The notes under the pieces were generated by a model, which did not search any database, was not told the origin of the DNA, and saw only the letters and a list, made by a program, of their open reading frames with translations. Below, in pieces: positions 26,853-36,540 of a DNA stretch of 64,000 nucleotides. The first letter of the stretch is position 1, and the number at the start of each line of letters is the position of its first letter. The stretch comes from Acidobacteriota bacterium (lineage in GTDB: Bacteria; Actinomycetota; Acidimicrobiia; Acidimicrobiales; RAAP-2), in contig JAGWHY010000003.1 in assembly GCA_028873575.1 (NCBI GenBank), positions 15,661-79,660 on the forward strand, read 5' to 3'. A program made the translations under genes and the position numbers.

Positions 26853-28429
26853 TTGGGTTGATAGACCCCGAAGGCGTCGCGCAAGACGTCAGCGACCTCA
26901 CCTAACGTCGCCAGCGCTCGCAGCGCGTCCTTCATGGGGTAGAGCAAGTTGGCACTCCCCCGCGCGCAGGTGGCGAGGTCACTGAGTGCCGCGCGCACCG
27001 CGGCCTCGTCGCGACGCGTCTTAAGCGAACGCACGCGCGCGACCTGCGCGCGCTGTTGCGCCTCGTCAATCGGAAACACGTCGGCCGCCTGGGCGTTCGC
27101 GTCGACGAAGCGGTTCACCCCGACGACGACCTTCTCGCCGCTGTCGACGCGGCGCGCGAAGTCGTAGGCCGCGGCCTCGATTTCGTCTTGGAGGTAACGC
27201 GCCTCAATCGCCGCCACCGACCCGCCGAGTTCATCGATCGCGCGCAGGTACTCGCGCGCGCCGGCCTCGACCTCGTTGGTCAACGACTCGACGAAGTACG
27301 AACCAGCCAGTGGGTCCACGGTGTCGGCGATGCCCGACTCGTACCCCAAGATCTGCTGGGTGCGCAGCGCCAGCTTCGCCGCGCGCTCGGTCGGCAGCCC
27401 GAGGGCCTCGTCGAAGCCGTTCGTGTGCAGGCTCTGGGTGCCCCCGAGGGCCGCCGCCAAGGCCTGGACGGTGACGCGCACGACGTTGTTGTCCGGCTGC
27501 TGGGCGGTCAACGTCGAGCCGCCGGTCTGGGTGTGAAAGCGCAGCATCATGGACTTGGGATCCGTCGCGCCGAAGCGCTCCTTCATGATCGAGGCCCACA
27601 ACCGTCGCGCGGCGCGAAACTTGGCGACCTCCTCGAAGAGATTGTTGTGCGCGTTAAAAAAGAAACTCAGTCGTGGCGCGAAGTCGTCCAGCGCGAGGCC
27701 GGCGGCGAGGGCCGCCTCGACGTAGGCGACGCCGTTAGCGAGGGTGAAGGCAATCTCTTGGACCGCGGTCGATCCGGCTTCGCGAATGTGGTAGCCGGAG
27801 ATCGAAATGGTGTTCCAGTTCGGCATCTCCTTCGCGCAGTAGGCGAAAGTGTCGACGATCAGTCGCATGGAGGGACGCGGTGGGTAGATGTACGTGCCGC
27901 GCGCGACGTACTCCTTCAAAATGTCGTTTTGAATCGTGCCGCGCAACTTTGAACCCGCGACGCCCTGCTCTTCAGCGATCAACTGGTAGAGCAGTAGCAG
28001 CGTCGAGGCGGTGGAGTTAATCGTCATCGACGTGGTCACCTCGTCGAGGGGCAGATCGGCGAGCAAAAGTCGCATGTCCTCGAGCGACGAGATCGCGACG
28101 CCCACCTTGCCGACCTCACCCTCGGCGCGCGGGTGATCGGCGTCGTAGCCCATCTGGGTGGGCAGGTCGAAGGCGCAGCTCAGTCCCGTTTGACCGGCGT
28201 TCAAGAGGAATTTAAAGCGCTCGTTGGTCGCCTCAGCGGTACCAAAGCCGGCGTACTGGCGCATGGTCCACAGGCGTCCGCGGTACATCGAGGGCTGCAC
28301 GCCTCGGGTGTAGGGATACGCCCCGGGCGCGCCGAGGCGCTCGTTCGGGGAAAAACCGGTCAGATCGTCGGGTCCGTAGAGCGCCTTAATCTCAATGCCG
28401 GAGTCGGTTCGTCGTTCGTCGCTACTCAT
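26849..28429 (-). CDS. Methylmalonyl-CoA mutase family large subunit (substrate-binding barrel only; MCM or ICM type)
   Basis: ATG at 28429 ([20 protein letters not shown]). [46 protein letters not shown] and [11 protein letters not shown]. About 526 aa, ending before any B12-binding domain. Confidence 0.85.
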   Translation of the reverse strand: MSSDERRTDSGIEIKALYGPDDLTGFSPNERLGAPGAYPYTRGVQPSMYRGRLWTMRQYAGFGTAEATNERFKFLLNAGQTGLSCAFDLPTQMGYDADHPRAEGEVGKVGVAISSLEDMRLLLADLPLDEVTTSMTINSTASTLLLLYQLIAEEQGVAGSKLRGTIQNDILKEYVARGTYIYPPRPSMRLIVDTFAYCAKEMPNWNTISISGYHIREAGSTAVQEIAFTLANGVAYVEAALAAGLALDDFAPRLSFFFNAHNNLFEEVAKFRAARRLWASIMKERFGATDPKSMMLRFHTQTGGSTLTAQQPDNNVVRVTVQALAAALGGTQSLHTNGFDEALGLPTERAAKLALRTQQILGYESGIADTVDPLAGSYFVESLTNEVEAGAREYLRAIDELGGSVAAIEARYLQDEIEAAAYDFARRVDSGEKVVVGVNRFVDANAQAADVFPIDEAQQRAQVARVRSLKTRRDEAAVRAALSDLATCARGSANLLYPMKDALRALATLGEVADVLRDAFGVYQPN

Positions 28430-28495
28430 CACGGTCAGGTTAGGCGTTGACTCGCGCGCACGCTCAAGATCCTTCGGGCGCGCGAGGGTTGCGCC

Positions 28496-29065
28496 ATGAG
28501 GAAAGATGGGGAGATGTACTGTCCCCACTGCGGCACCCCGTCCGACGACCACGCCACGCTCTGTCACGTTTGCGGCAAGGCGTTGTCGCCCACCCTCGTG
28601 AGCGCGTCGCTCGACGACGCCCCCGGCACGCCCGTGCTCGCGGGGTGGTGGCGACGCGTCGGCGCGACCTTCGCCGACAACTTGATCTTGATCATCCCCA
28701 CCCTGCTCGTCGCGTCGATCTTCGAAGGTTTAGGCGGGGTCTACACCGGCGCCGTCGCGGGTCTGATGCTCCAGGGTTTCTACATGGTCTGGCAGATCAG
28801 TTCGCGCTCCGGACAGACCGTGGGCAATCGCGTCGCCGCGTCCAAGGTCGTCGACGCGTTGACGGGTAGTCGCGTCACGATGACCCAAGCAGTGAAGCGC
28901 TGGGGATTCGTCGCCGTGTACAGCTCACTCGAGTTCACCGGCACGCGCGGCGCCTCGGTCGTCGTCTCGCTCTTCGCCCTCGTGGACGTACTCTGGCCGC
29001 TCTTTGACGCGCGCAAGCAGACCCTGCACGACAAGTTCGCCGGAACGTTGGTGGTTCGCCTCTAA
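28496..29065 (+). CDS. RDD-family membrane protein with N-terminal zinc ribbon
   Basis: [20 protein letters not shown], then [17 protein letters not shown] segments, and the C-terminal [13 protein letters not shown] typical of RDD proteins. Confidence 0.7.
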   Translation: MRKDGEMYCPHCGTPSDDHATLCHVCGKALSPTLVSASLDDAPGTPVLAGWWRRVGATFADNLILIIPTLLVASIFEGLGGVYTGAVAGLMLQGFYMVWQISSRSGQTVGNRVAASKVVDALTGSRVTMTQAVKRWGFVAVYSSLEFTGTRGASVVVSLFALVDVLWPLFDARKQTLHDKFAGTLVVRL

Positions 29066-29066
29066 A

Positions 29067-30230
29067 TCAGGCCAAGACCGCGTGCGGCATGCACAGGTCG
29101 TCGTACTCCGCGATGACGATCGGCGCCGCGTGCTCGCCACAGGCCGGGCACTCGGGGTCGCGACGTACCTTAAAGGTGCGAAAGCTCTGATCCATGGAGT
29201 CGTACGTCAACAGCCGACCAATCAGGGGCTCACCCAGATTCAACAAAAGCTTGATGGTCTCGATGGCTTGGATGGAACCGACGATGCCCGGCAGCACGCC
29301 CAAAACGCCCGCCTCGGCGCAGCTGGGCGCCAGTTCGGCGGGCGGCGGCTCGGGAATCATGCAGCGATAGCAGGGACCCACGTAGGGGCTAAAGACGGTG
29401 ACCTGACCCTCGAAGCGGAAGATCGAGCCGTGCACGACCGGGATGTTCTTAAGCAACGCGGCGTCGTTCACCAAGTAGCGCGTGGGGAAGTTGTCGGTGC
29501 CGTCAACGATGACGTCGTAGCCGTCAATGATGTCCAAGATGTTGTCGGCGCCCAGGCGCGTGTCGTAGGTCTTCACGACGAGGTCGGGATTCATCGCCTC
29601 GAGGGTCGCGCGCGCACTGTCCACCTTGCGCATGCCAACGCGGTCCATGTTGTGCAGAATCTGACGCTGCAGGTTCGAGGCGTCCACGACGTCCATGTCG
29701 ATGATGCCGAGCGTGCCGACGCCCGCCGCGGCCAGGTACAACGCGGCCGGTGAGCCGAGGCCCCCAGCGCCGAGCAGCAAGACCTTCGAGTCCAGCAGCT
29801 TCATCTGGCCCTTTTCGCCGACTTCGGGCAACAAGAGGTGGCGCTGGTAGCGGTTGCGCTGATCCGCGCTCAAGGTACGTGGCGTCTTCCACACCAGGCC
29901 CTCGTCCTTCCACTTGTTGAAGCCACCGATGATCGACACCACGTCGGTGTAGCCGAGCTCTTGGAGAGTCTTGGTGGCGAAGGCTGAGCGCACACCCCCC
30001 GCGCAGTAGACCGCGATGGGCGCGTTCTTGTCGGGGAGGCGACCTTCGATGGAGAACTCGAGGTTGCCGCGCGGCACGTGGACCGCGCCGGGCACCGCGC
30101 CTTGCTCGTACTCGTCGGGTTCACGCACGTCGAGCAGCGTGTAGTGCTCGAGGCGATTAGCCACCTCGTGGGGGTCGATCTCGCGAATCTCGGCCTTGGC
30201 GGCGTTGAGTAGGTCTCGGGGTGAGGACAC
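29067..30230 (-). CDS. Rhodanese-ThiF/MoeB fusion (MoeZ-like adenylyltransferase/sulfurtransferase) with N-terminal rhodanese
   Basis: Residues ~1-115 form a rhodanese domain (LLDVREPDEYEQG, active-site loop VYCAGGVRS). The remainder is ThiF/MoeB (LLLGAGGLGSPAALYLAAAGVG, Zn ligands CYRC and CPAC). Confidence 0.8.
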   Translation of the reverse strand: MSSPRDLLNAAKAEIREIDPHEVANRLEHYTLLDVREPDEYEQGAVPGAVHVPRGNLEFSIEGRLPDKNAPIAVYCAGGVRSAFATKTLQELGYTDVVSIIGGFNKWKDEGLVWKTPRTLSADQRNRYQRHLLLPEVGEKGQMKLLDSKVLLLGAGGLGSPAALYLAAAGVGTLGIIDMDVVDASNLQRQILHNMDRVGMRKVDSARATLEAMNPDLVVKTYDTRLGADNILDIIDGYDVIVDGTDNFPTRYLVNDAALLKNIPVVHGSIFRFEGQVTVFSPYVGPCYRCMIPEPPPAELAPSCAEAGVLGVLPGIVGSIQAIETIKLLLNLGEPLIGRLLTYDSMDQSFRTFKVRRDPECPACGEHAAPIVIAEYDDLCMPHAVLA

Positions 30231-30306
30231 GGCGCTCTCCTTTGTGCGTGGTGAAATCTTACCTGCCAGGTCAACAATTCAACACGGCCTCTGCTAGACC
30301 TCTCGC

Positions 30307-30909
30307 GTGGACCTCGCCGATCTCCTCGCCCGCCGGCGCATGACGCGCTCCTTTGACGGAAGCGCGGTCGACCCCGCGTGGCTCGAGGAGCGCTGCGCCG
30401 ACGCCCTGTGGGCGCCCACCGCGGGTAACAGCGCCGGCGTGCGCATGCACGTCGTGAGCCACGAGCACGTCGCCGCCTACTTTGATCACGCCACCGACGC
30501 GGCGTGGCGCGCGAGCGCGCCGCGCGCCCCGGGGCTCTCACGCGCGGGCGCCGTGGTACTCGTCACCTGTCAGCCCGAGCGCTACCTCGAGCGTTACGGC
30601 GCCGACGACAAGCGGGCCTCGGGGCTCGACCAGCGCGACGCGTGGCCCCTGCCCTACTGGCACGCCGACGCCGCGATGGCGACGATGGCGCTGTTGTTGT
30701 TGCTCGAAGAGGCGCGACTCGCCGCCACCATTTGGGGCAGCTTTCGCTACGCCGAGGCGATTCTGCGATGGGCCGACGTCGACGACGGTGAGCTCTTCGC
30801 CTCGGTGCTCGTGGGACGAGGTGACGGCGCCGACACGCCCTCGCGCTCACTCAGTCGCGAGGTCCCCAGTCGGCGCGCGCGCGTCACGCGCGTGCGACCC
30901 GCCGATTAA
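30307..30909 (+). CDS. Nitroreductase-family protein
   Basis: GTG start. LLARRRMTRSFDGSAV and APTAGNSAG are typical nitroreductase N-terminal motifs. 200 aa. Confidence 0.7.
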   Translation: MDLADLLARRRMTRSFDGSAVDPAWLEERCADALWAPTAGNSAGVRMHVVSHEHVAAYFDHATDAAWRASAPRAPGLSRAGAVVLVTCQPERYLERYGADDKRASGLDQRDAWPLPYWHADAAMATMALLLLLEEARLAATIWGSFRYAEAILRWADVDDGELFASVLVGRGDGADTPSRSLSREVPSRRARVTRVRPAD

Positions 30910-32402
30910 GGCCGCGCGGCGACGTCGCGCAGGAATTCAATAATCGTGCGCGCGCTAAAGGCGGTCGCGCCCTTGGTCAGGTAACCACTCGGCGCCTCCG
31001 TACGGGCCGGGCCCGCGATGTCGAGGTGCGCCCAGGGGCGATCTTTGGTGAAGCGACGCAGGATTAACGCAGCGATAATCGCCCCGGCGCGGGGACCCTT
31101 TCCGATGTTGCGCATATCGGCGACGTCGGATTCGAGGTGGGGCTCGTAGCTGTCGACGAGGGGCAGTCGCCAGAGCTGCTCACCACTGCGCGAACTAGCC
31201 CCGGCGAAGCGCTCGGCCAACTCGTCGGTCGAGGCGAAGAGCGCACCCACCTCGTCGCCGAGCGCGACGTTTTGCGCGCCGGTCAAGGTGGCCACGTCCA
31301 CGATGGCGTCGGGCTTGGCCTCCACCGCCAGGCAGAGCGCGTCGGCCAAAATCAGTCGCCCCTCGGCGTCGGTGTTGAGCACTTCGATGGTCATGCCGTT
31401 ACGTAGAGTCAAGACGTCGCCGGGCTTCGTCGCGCGCTCGCCCACCAAGTTCTCGGTGAGTGGCGCGATCGCCGTCACCTTGAGGGGTAGACGCAGTCGA
31501 CTCGCGACGAGCAACGCGGCCATCACGATGGCCGAGCCGGTCATGTCGGTCTTCATCTGCATCATGCCTTCACCGGACTTGAGCGAGAGTCCCCCCGAGT
31601 CGAAAGTAACGCCCTTACCGACCAGCGCCACGTGGGGAAGATTCGACGTTGGCGACGGGTCGTACACGGCGCGCACCAGTCGGGTCGGCTGCGCCGAACC
31701 CTGGCCCACGCCGAGCAGCCCCCCGAGACGCTCTTCTTTGATCTTCGATTCCGTCCACACCTCGAGGTTGACGAAGGCCTCTCCACTGAGTCGATTCTCG
31801 TAGTGCTTGGCTAACTCCTTGGGCGTCATGTCGCCGGCCGGCGTGTTGATGAGGTGCTTGGCCCAGTTCACCGCATCGGCGATTTCTTGAGCTTCACTCA
31901 CGGCGTTCGTCACCTCGTCGTGCACGGCCACGGTGGGCAGGGGCTGCGCCAGCGGCACCACGTAGAGGTCGGCGCTCTTGGCGGACTTAAAGCCGTAGCT
32001 CGCGAGAAGGGCGCCCTCCACGAAGGCGCGAGCCGCCAGACCCGGTTCCTCAATCGCGTCGGTCGGTAGCAGGAACGAGATTGTTCCCTCGCCGGCCGCG
32101 CGCGCCGCGGCGGCGCCGGCGAGGCGGTAGCTCTCGGCGCGGTTGTAGCCGCTGCCGATCGAAATCAGGGCGAGGGAGGGTCCCCGTAGCGCGTGCAGCA
32201 CCACCACCGCGCCGGGCTCGCTCTTGAGGCCGTGCTGCGCGCACCACTCTTTGGTCAGTTCGTGCGCGACACGCAACTCACCGATCTGAGTGGGTAGGGC
32301 GTGACTGAGATAGCCCGCCCCCTCGTCAACCACGACGGGCAGCGCGACCAGGCCCCCGTCGACGGCGTCCTTCAGTGCAACAACGCGGGCCTGACGCGAC
32401 AT
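30906..32402 (-). CDS. pepA: Leucyl aminopeptidase (M17)
   Basis: 498 aa with GKGVTFDSGGLSLK, MKTDMTGSA, and the NTDAEGRLILADAL signature. Confidence 0.9.
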   Translation of the reverse strand: MSRQARVVALKDAVDGGLVALPVVVDEGAGYLSHALPTQIGELRVAHELTKEWCAQHGLKSEPGAVVVLHALRGPSLALISIGSGYNRAESYRLAGAAAARAAGEGTISFLLPTDAIEEPGLAARAFVEGALLASYGFKSAKSADLYVVPLAQPLPTVAVHDEVTNAVSEAQEIADAVNWAKHLINTPAGDMTPKELAKHYENRLSGEAFVNLEVWTESKIKEERLGGLLGVGQGSAQPTRLVRAVYDPSPTSNLPHVALVGKGVTFDSGGLSLKSGEGMMQMKTDMTGSAIVMAALLVASRLRLPLKVTAIAPLTENLVGERATKPGDVLTLRNGMTIEVLNTDAEGRLILADALCLAVEAKPDAIVDVATLTGAQNVALGDEVGALFASTDELAERFAGASSRSGEQLWRLPLVDSYEPHLESDVADMRNIGKGPRAGAIIAALILRRFTKDRPWAHLDIAGPARTEAPSGYLTKGATAFSARTIIEFLRDVAARP

Positions 32403-32411
32403 GGCGACTCC

Positions 32412-32951
32412 TTAAATCGAACGGGTGGTGCGATGCGCGGGCCCCTCGGCCCAACGCGCGAGCGTCCATACCAAATCGCTCAAGCGATTGAGGTACGGCA
32501 CGACGAATGACCCTTCGAGAGGGTAACGCACCGCGACGCGTTCGGCACGTCGCACCACGGTACGCGCGACGTCGAGCGCCGCCGCGAGTTGATTCTCGCC
32601 GGGTACCACGAACTCATTGGGCATCTCGATCTCCGTCGAGAGTCGATCAATCTCGCTCTCGAGGTGCGCCACCATTTCGGACGTGACGAGCGAGCGCCCC
32701 GCCGCGAGCTTGTGACGATTCTCCGGCAACGTGGCGACCTCGGCCATCAAGACCCACAGATCGCGCTCGAGGTTGACGAGGAGTTCGTTCACGACGCCAC
32801 CTTTTTCACTGAGTGAGCGTGCCCATCCCAACGACGCTTGGGCCTCGTCGACGGCGCCGTTGACCTCGATGGGGTCGGCACTCTTGGCGACGCGACCACC
32901 GAAGTACAGACCGGTCGTGCCCTTGTCGCCCCCACGGGTGTAGATCTTCAC
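32412..32951 (-). CDS. PduO-type ATP:cob(I)alamin adenosyltransferase
   Basis: MKIYTRGGDKGTTGL N-terminus and a helical-bundle-sized 179-aa product with RTVVRRAER. Confidence 0.85.
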   Translation of the reverse strand: MKIYTRGGDKGTTGLYFGGRVAKSADPIEVNGAVDEAQASLGWARSLSEKGGVVNELLVNLERDLWVLMAEVATLPENRHKLAAGRSLVTSEMVAHLESEIDRLSTEIEMPNEFVVPGENQLAAALDVARTVVRRAERVAVRYPLEGSFVVPYLNRLSDLVWTLARWAEGPAHRTTRSI

Positions 32952-32997
32952 GAGTTCAGCGTAGTGAGCCCGAAGGCCCCGGTAGCCTTAGTGCGAG

Positions 32998-35900
32998 ATG
33001 GACCACGCCGTGCGCCCCCCGTTCGCTCGTCCACCCGCGGACGATCCCTATCTTCGCGCACTGCGCGAGGGTGTCGTGATTTTCGACGGCGCCACGGGCA
33101 CCAATTTGCAACTCCAGCACCTGACGGCCGACGACTTTGGTTCGAGTGCCCTCGAAGGCTGCAACGAGATTTTGAGCGTCACCAAACCCGACGCCGTCGA
33201 GCGCCTGCACCGTTCTTTTCTCGACGTCGGCGTCGACGTGATCGAAACCAACTCGTTTGGATCATTTTCGGTTGTCTTGGCCGAGTACCAAATCGCCGAT
33301 CGCACCCACGAACTCGCCCTGGCGTCCGCGCGGATCGCCCGCCGGGTGGCCGACGAGTACGCGAGCCCGGGCTCGCCGCGCTTCGTGGCCGGTTCCATCG
33401 GGCCGGGCACCAAGTTCCCCACGCTGGGTCAAATTAGTTACGACGACCTGAGCGCGAGCTACGAAGAGTTGGCCTACGCCCTCTTGGAAGGTGGCGTCGA
33501 CGTGCTGGTCATCGAGACCATGTTCGACCTACTCTCGGGCAAGGCGGCGATCGCGGCGGCGCACCGCGCCATGGCGCGTCACGGTCGGATCGTCCCGATT
33601 CAGGCCCAGGTCACAATCGAACTCACGGGACGCATGTTGCCCGGTACCGAGATCGGCGCCGCGATCACCGCCCTCGCGCCACTGGGCGTCGACGTGCTGG
33701 GCCTGAACTGCGCGACCGGACCCGTCGAGATGTACGAACCGCTACGCACCTTGAGCGACGCCGCGCCCACGCCACTGTCGTGCCTGCCCAACGCCGGCCT
33801 GCCGAGCGTGGTCGACGGCAAGATGCACTACGACCTCACGCCCGAGGCGCTCGCCGAACACCTCTCGAGATTCGTCAGCGACTACGGCGTCCAGGTAGTC
33901 GGGGGATGCTGCGGCTGTACCCCCGAGCACCTGCGCCACGTCGTTGAGGCCGTGCGGCCGCTGCGCGCGGCGCCGCGAAACGCGCACCTCGAACCAGCGG
34001 TCGCCTCGATCTACGCGCCGGTCAGCTACCAGCAGGACCGTTCGGTGCTGCTGGTCGGAGAACGCACCAACGCCAACGGTTCGAAGAAGTTCCGCGACGC
34101 GATGCTCGAGGGCGACTGGGACACCTGCGTCGCGATCGGGCGCGATCAGATCAAAGAGGGCGCGCACGTACTCGACGTGTGCGTCGACTACACCGGGGCT
34201 GACGGCGTCAGTGACATGAACGAGCTCATGAGTCGACTGGCCACCCAGTCCTCCGTGCCCATCATGGTCGACACGACCGAAACCAAGGTCGCGCGCCAGG
34301 CTCTGACCTGGCTCGGTGGCAAGGCGCTGTTGAACTCGGTCAATCTCGAAGAGGGCGACGGACCGGGCACGCGCCTCGACGGCTTCTTGACCCTGGCCGC
34401 CGAGTTCGGCGCCGCGGTCGTGGCGACCTGCATCGACGAAGAGGGTCAGGCGCGCACCGCGGAGTGGAAAGTGCGCGCCGCGCGCAACATCACCAACCTC
34501 GCCGTCGAGCGTTACGGACTGAGCGCCGAGGACATCTTCATTGACCCTCTCGCCCTCCCCCTCTCCACGGGTATGCACGAGTCACGCCGCGACGGCATCG
34601 AAACGATCGAGGCCATCCGTCGCATCAAGACGGAGCTGCCGGGCGTGCGCACGATTCTCGGCCTCTCGAACGTCTCCTTCGGGCTCAACCCCGCCGCGCG
34701 CCAGGTGTTGAACTCGGTGTTCCTTCACGAGTGTGCCGAGGCCGGCCTCGACGCCGCGATCGTCCACGCGTCGAAGATCTTGCCGCTCGCGCGCATCGAC
34801 GACGAGGCGCGCCAGTTGTGCCTCGATCTCATTTACGACCGCCAGCGCGAGGGGTATGACCCCCTGGCCGAGCTCTTGCGCCACTTCGAAGGCGCGTCGG
34901 TGACGACGTCATCGACGGCGAGCCTCGACGATCTCACCCTGCACGAACGGCTTCGTCGACGCATCATCGACGGCGCGCGCGTGGGCCTCGAGGCCGACCT
35001 CGACGCCGCCCTCGAAGAAGGTCTCAGCGCGCTCGCCATCGTGAACGACTTCTTGCTCGACGGTATGCGCGAGGTCGGCGACCTCTTCGCGAGCGGCGAG
35101 ATGCAACTGCCCTTCGTGCTCCAAAGTGCCGAGACGATGAAGAGCGCGGTGAGTTACCTCGAACCCCACATGGAAAAAAGCGACCAGGGCGGGCGCGGGC
35201 GCGTGGTCCTCGCGACCGTCAAGGGTGACGTGCACGACATCGGCAAGAACCTCGTCGACATTATTTTGACGAACAACGGTTACGAGGTGATTAATCTCGG
35301 CATCAAGGTCGGCGTGAACGAGATGCTGAGCGCCGTCGAAGAGCACCAGGCCGACGCCCTCGGCATGAGTGGACTGCTGGTGAAGTCGACGTTGATCATG
35401 CGCGAGAACCTCGAGATCATGAACGACCGCAAGATGTCCGACCTCCCGGTGCTCTTGGGCGGCGCTGCCCTCACGCGCACCTACGTCGAGCGCGACCTGC
35501 GCGAGGTCTACCAGGGTCGCCTCTTCTACGGCAAGGACGCCTTCGAGGGCCTCCGCGTGCTGGACCGCTTGGGCGAACTACGTCGCGGTGACGTGGACGA
35601 CCCCACCTTCGGCCGGGAGATCTCTACTAAACGGGTCAATCGGCGCTTTCGCGACGACGACGCCGCGGCGCCGACCGATCTGCCGGCGCGTAGTCCCGAG
35701 GTCGCCATCGATAATCCGCTCTTCCCGCCACCTTTTCTCGGAAGTCGCGTGGCCAAGGGCATCTCCCTTGACGAGATCGCGACCTACCTCAACTTGACCG
35801 CCCTCTTTCGTAACCAGTGGGGCTACCGACCCGAGGAGGGTGAGAACGACGCCGACTTTAAGACGCGCGTGAGTGCCACCCTGCGCGAACAGCTCAACCT

Positions 35901-36504
35901 GGCCAAGTCCGAAGATCTCCTCATTCCCCAAGTGGTCTACGGCCACTTCCCGGCCGGGGCCGACGGCGACGACCTGGTGATCTTCGACGACGACGCGCGG
36001 ACCACGGAGCGCACGCGCTTTCACTTCCCACGCCAACGTGAAGCGCCGCACCTGTGTATCGCCGACTTCTTTCGCCCGGTCAACCACGTCGAGCGCGACT
36101 ACGCGAGCTTCATGCTGGTCACGATGGGTCCGCGTATCTCTGAACGTACCCAGGAACTCTTCGCGTCCAATCACTACGGTGACTACCTGTTGCTCCACGG
36201 CCTGGGCGTCGAAATGGCCGAGGCGCTCGCCGAACTGTGGCACCGACGAATTCGCGAAGAACTCGGCTTCGCCGACGAAGACGGCCCCACCCTGACCGGC
36301 CTATTTCGTCAGCAGTACCGCGGGGGGCGTTACTCCTGGGGCTACCCCGCCTGCCCCTCCCTCGAGGACAACGCCAAGGTCGCCGAACTCCTGGGCGCCG
36401 AACGGATCGGCGTTGAGGTCTCGGAAGGCTTCCAACTCCACCCCGAACAGACCACCGACGCCATCATCTGCCACCACCCGCGCGCGAAGTACTTCATCGC
36501 GTAG
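32998..36504 (+). CDS. metH: Cobalamin-dependent methionine synthase
   Basis: 1168 aa. An Hcy-binding domain (LGLNCATGP, GGCCGCTPEH), a pterin-binding domain, the B12-binding DxHxxG (GDVHDIGKNLV), and an AdoMet activation domain (RYSWGYPACP). Confidence 0.95.
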   Translation: MDHAVRPPFARPPADDPYLRALREGVVIFDGATGTNLQLQHLTADDFGSSALEGCNEILSVTKPDAVERLHRSFLDVGVDVIETNSFGSFSVVLAEYQIADRTHELALASARIARRVADEYASPGSPRFVAGSIGPGTKFPTLGQISYDDLSASYEELAYALLEGGVDVLVIETMFDLLSGKAAIAAAHRAMARHGRIVPIQAQVTIELTGRMLPGTEIGAAITALAPLGVDVLGLNCATGPVEMYEPLRTLSDAAPTPLSCLPNAGLPSVVDGKMHYDLTPEALAEHLSRFVSDYGVQVVGGCCGCTPEHLRHVVEAVRPLRAAPRNAHLEPAVASIYAPVSYQQDRSVLLVGERTNANGSKKFRDAMLEGDWDTCVAIGRDQIKEGAHVLDVCVDYTGADGVSDMNELMSRLATQSSVPIMVDTTETKVARQALTWLGGKALLNSVNLEEGDGPGTRLDGFLTLAAEFGAAVVATCIDEEGQARTAEWKVRAARNITNLAVERYGLSAEDIFIDPLALPLSTGMHESRRDGIETIEAIRRIKTELPGVRTILGLSNVSFGLNPAARQVLNSVFLHECAEAGLDAAIVHASKILPLARIDDEARQLCLDLIYDRQREGYDPLAELLRHFEGASVTTSSTASLDDLTLHERLRRRIIDGARVGLEADLDAALEEGLSALAIVNDFLLDGMREVGDLFASGEMQLPFVLQSAETMKSAVSYLEPHMEKSDQGGRGRVVLATVKGDVHDIGKNLVDIILTNNGYEVINLGIKVGVNEMLSAVEEHQADALGMSGLLVKSTLIMRENLEIMNDRKMSDLPVLLGGAALTRTYVERDLREVYQGRLFYGKDAFEGLRVLDRLGELRRGDVDDPTFGREISTKRVNRRFRDDDAAAPTDLPARSPEVAIDNPLFPPPFLGSRVAKGISLDEIATYLNLTALFRNQWGYRPEEGENDADFKTRVSATLREQLNLAKSEDLLIPQVVYGHFPAGADGDDLVIFDDDARTTERTRFHFPRQREAPHLCIADFFRPVNHVERDYASFMLVTMGPRISERTQELFASNHYGDYLLLHGLGVEMAEALAELWHRRIREELGFADEDGPTLTGLFRQQYRGGRYSWGYPACPSLEDNAKVAELLGAERIGVEVSEGFQLHPEQTTDAIICHHPRAKYFIA

Positions 36505-36540
36505 TGCGACGAAAGCGTTCTTAAAGCTTTCTCACGTTGG

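Noticed and set aside
32952-32997. A cobalamin riboswitch between the PduO-type adenosyltransferase gene and metH.
   Set aside because: The divergent spacer is only about 46 bp, far too short for a B12 riboswitch, and I could not recognise a B12-box-like sequence.
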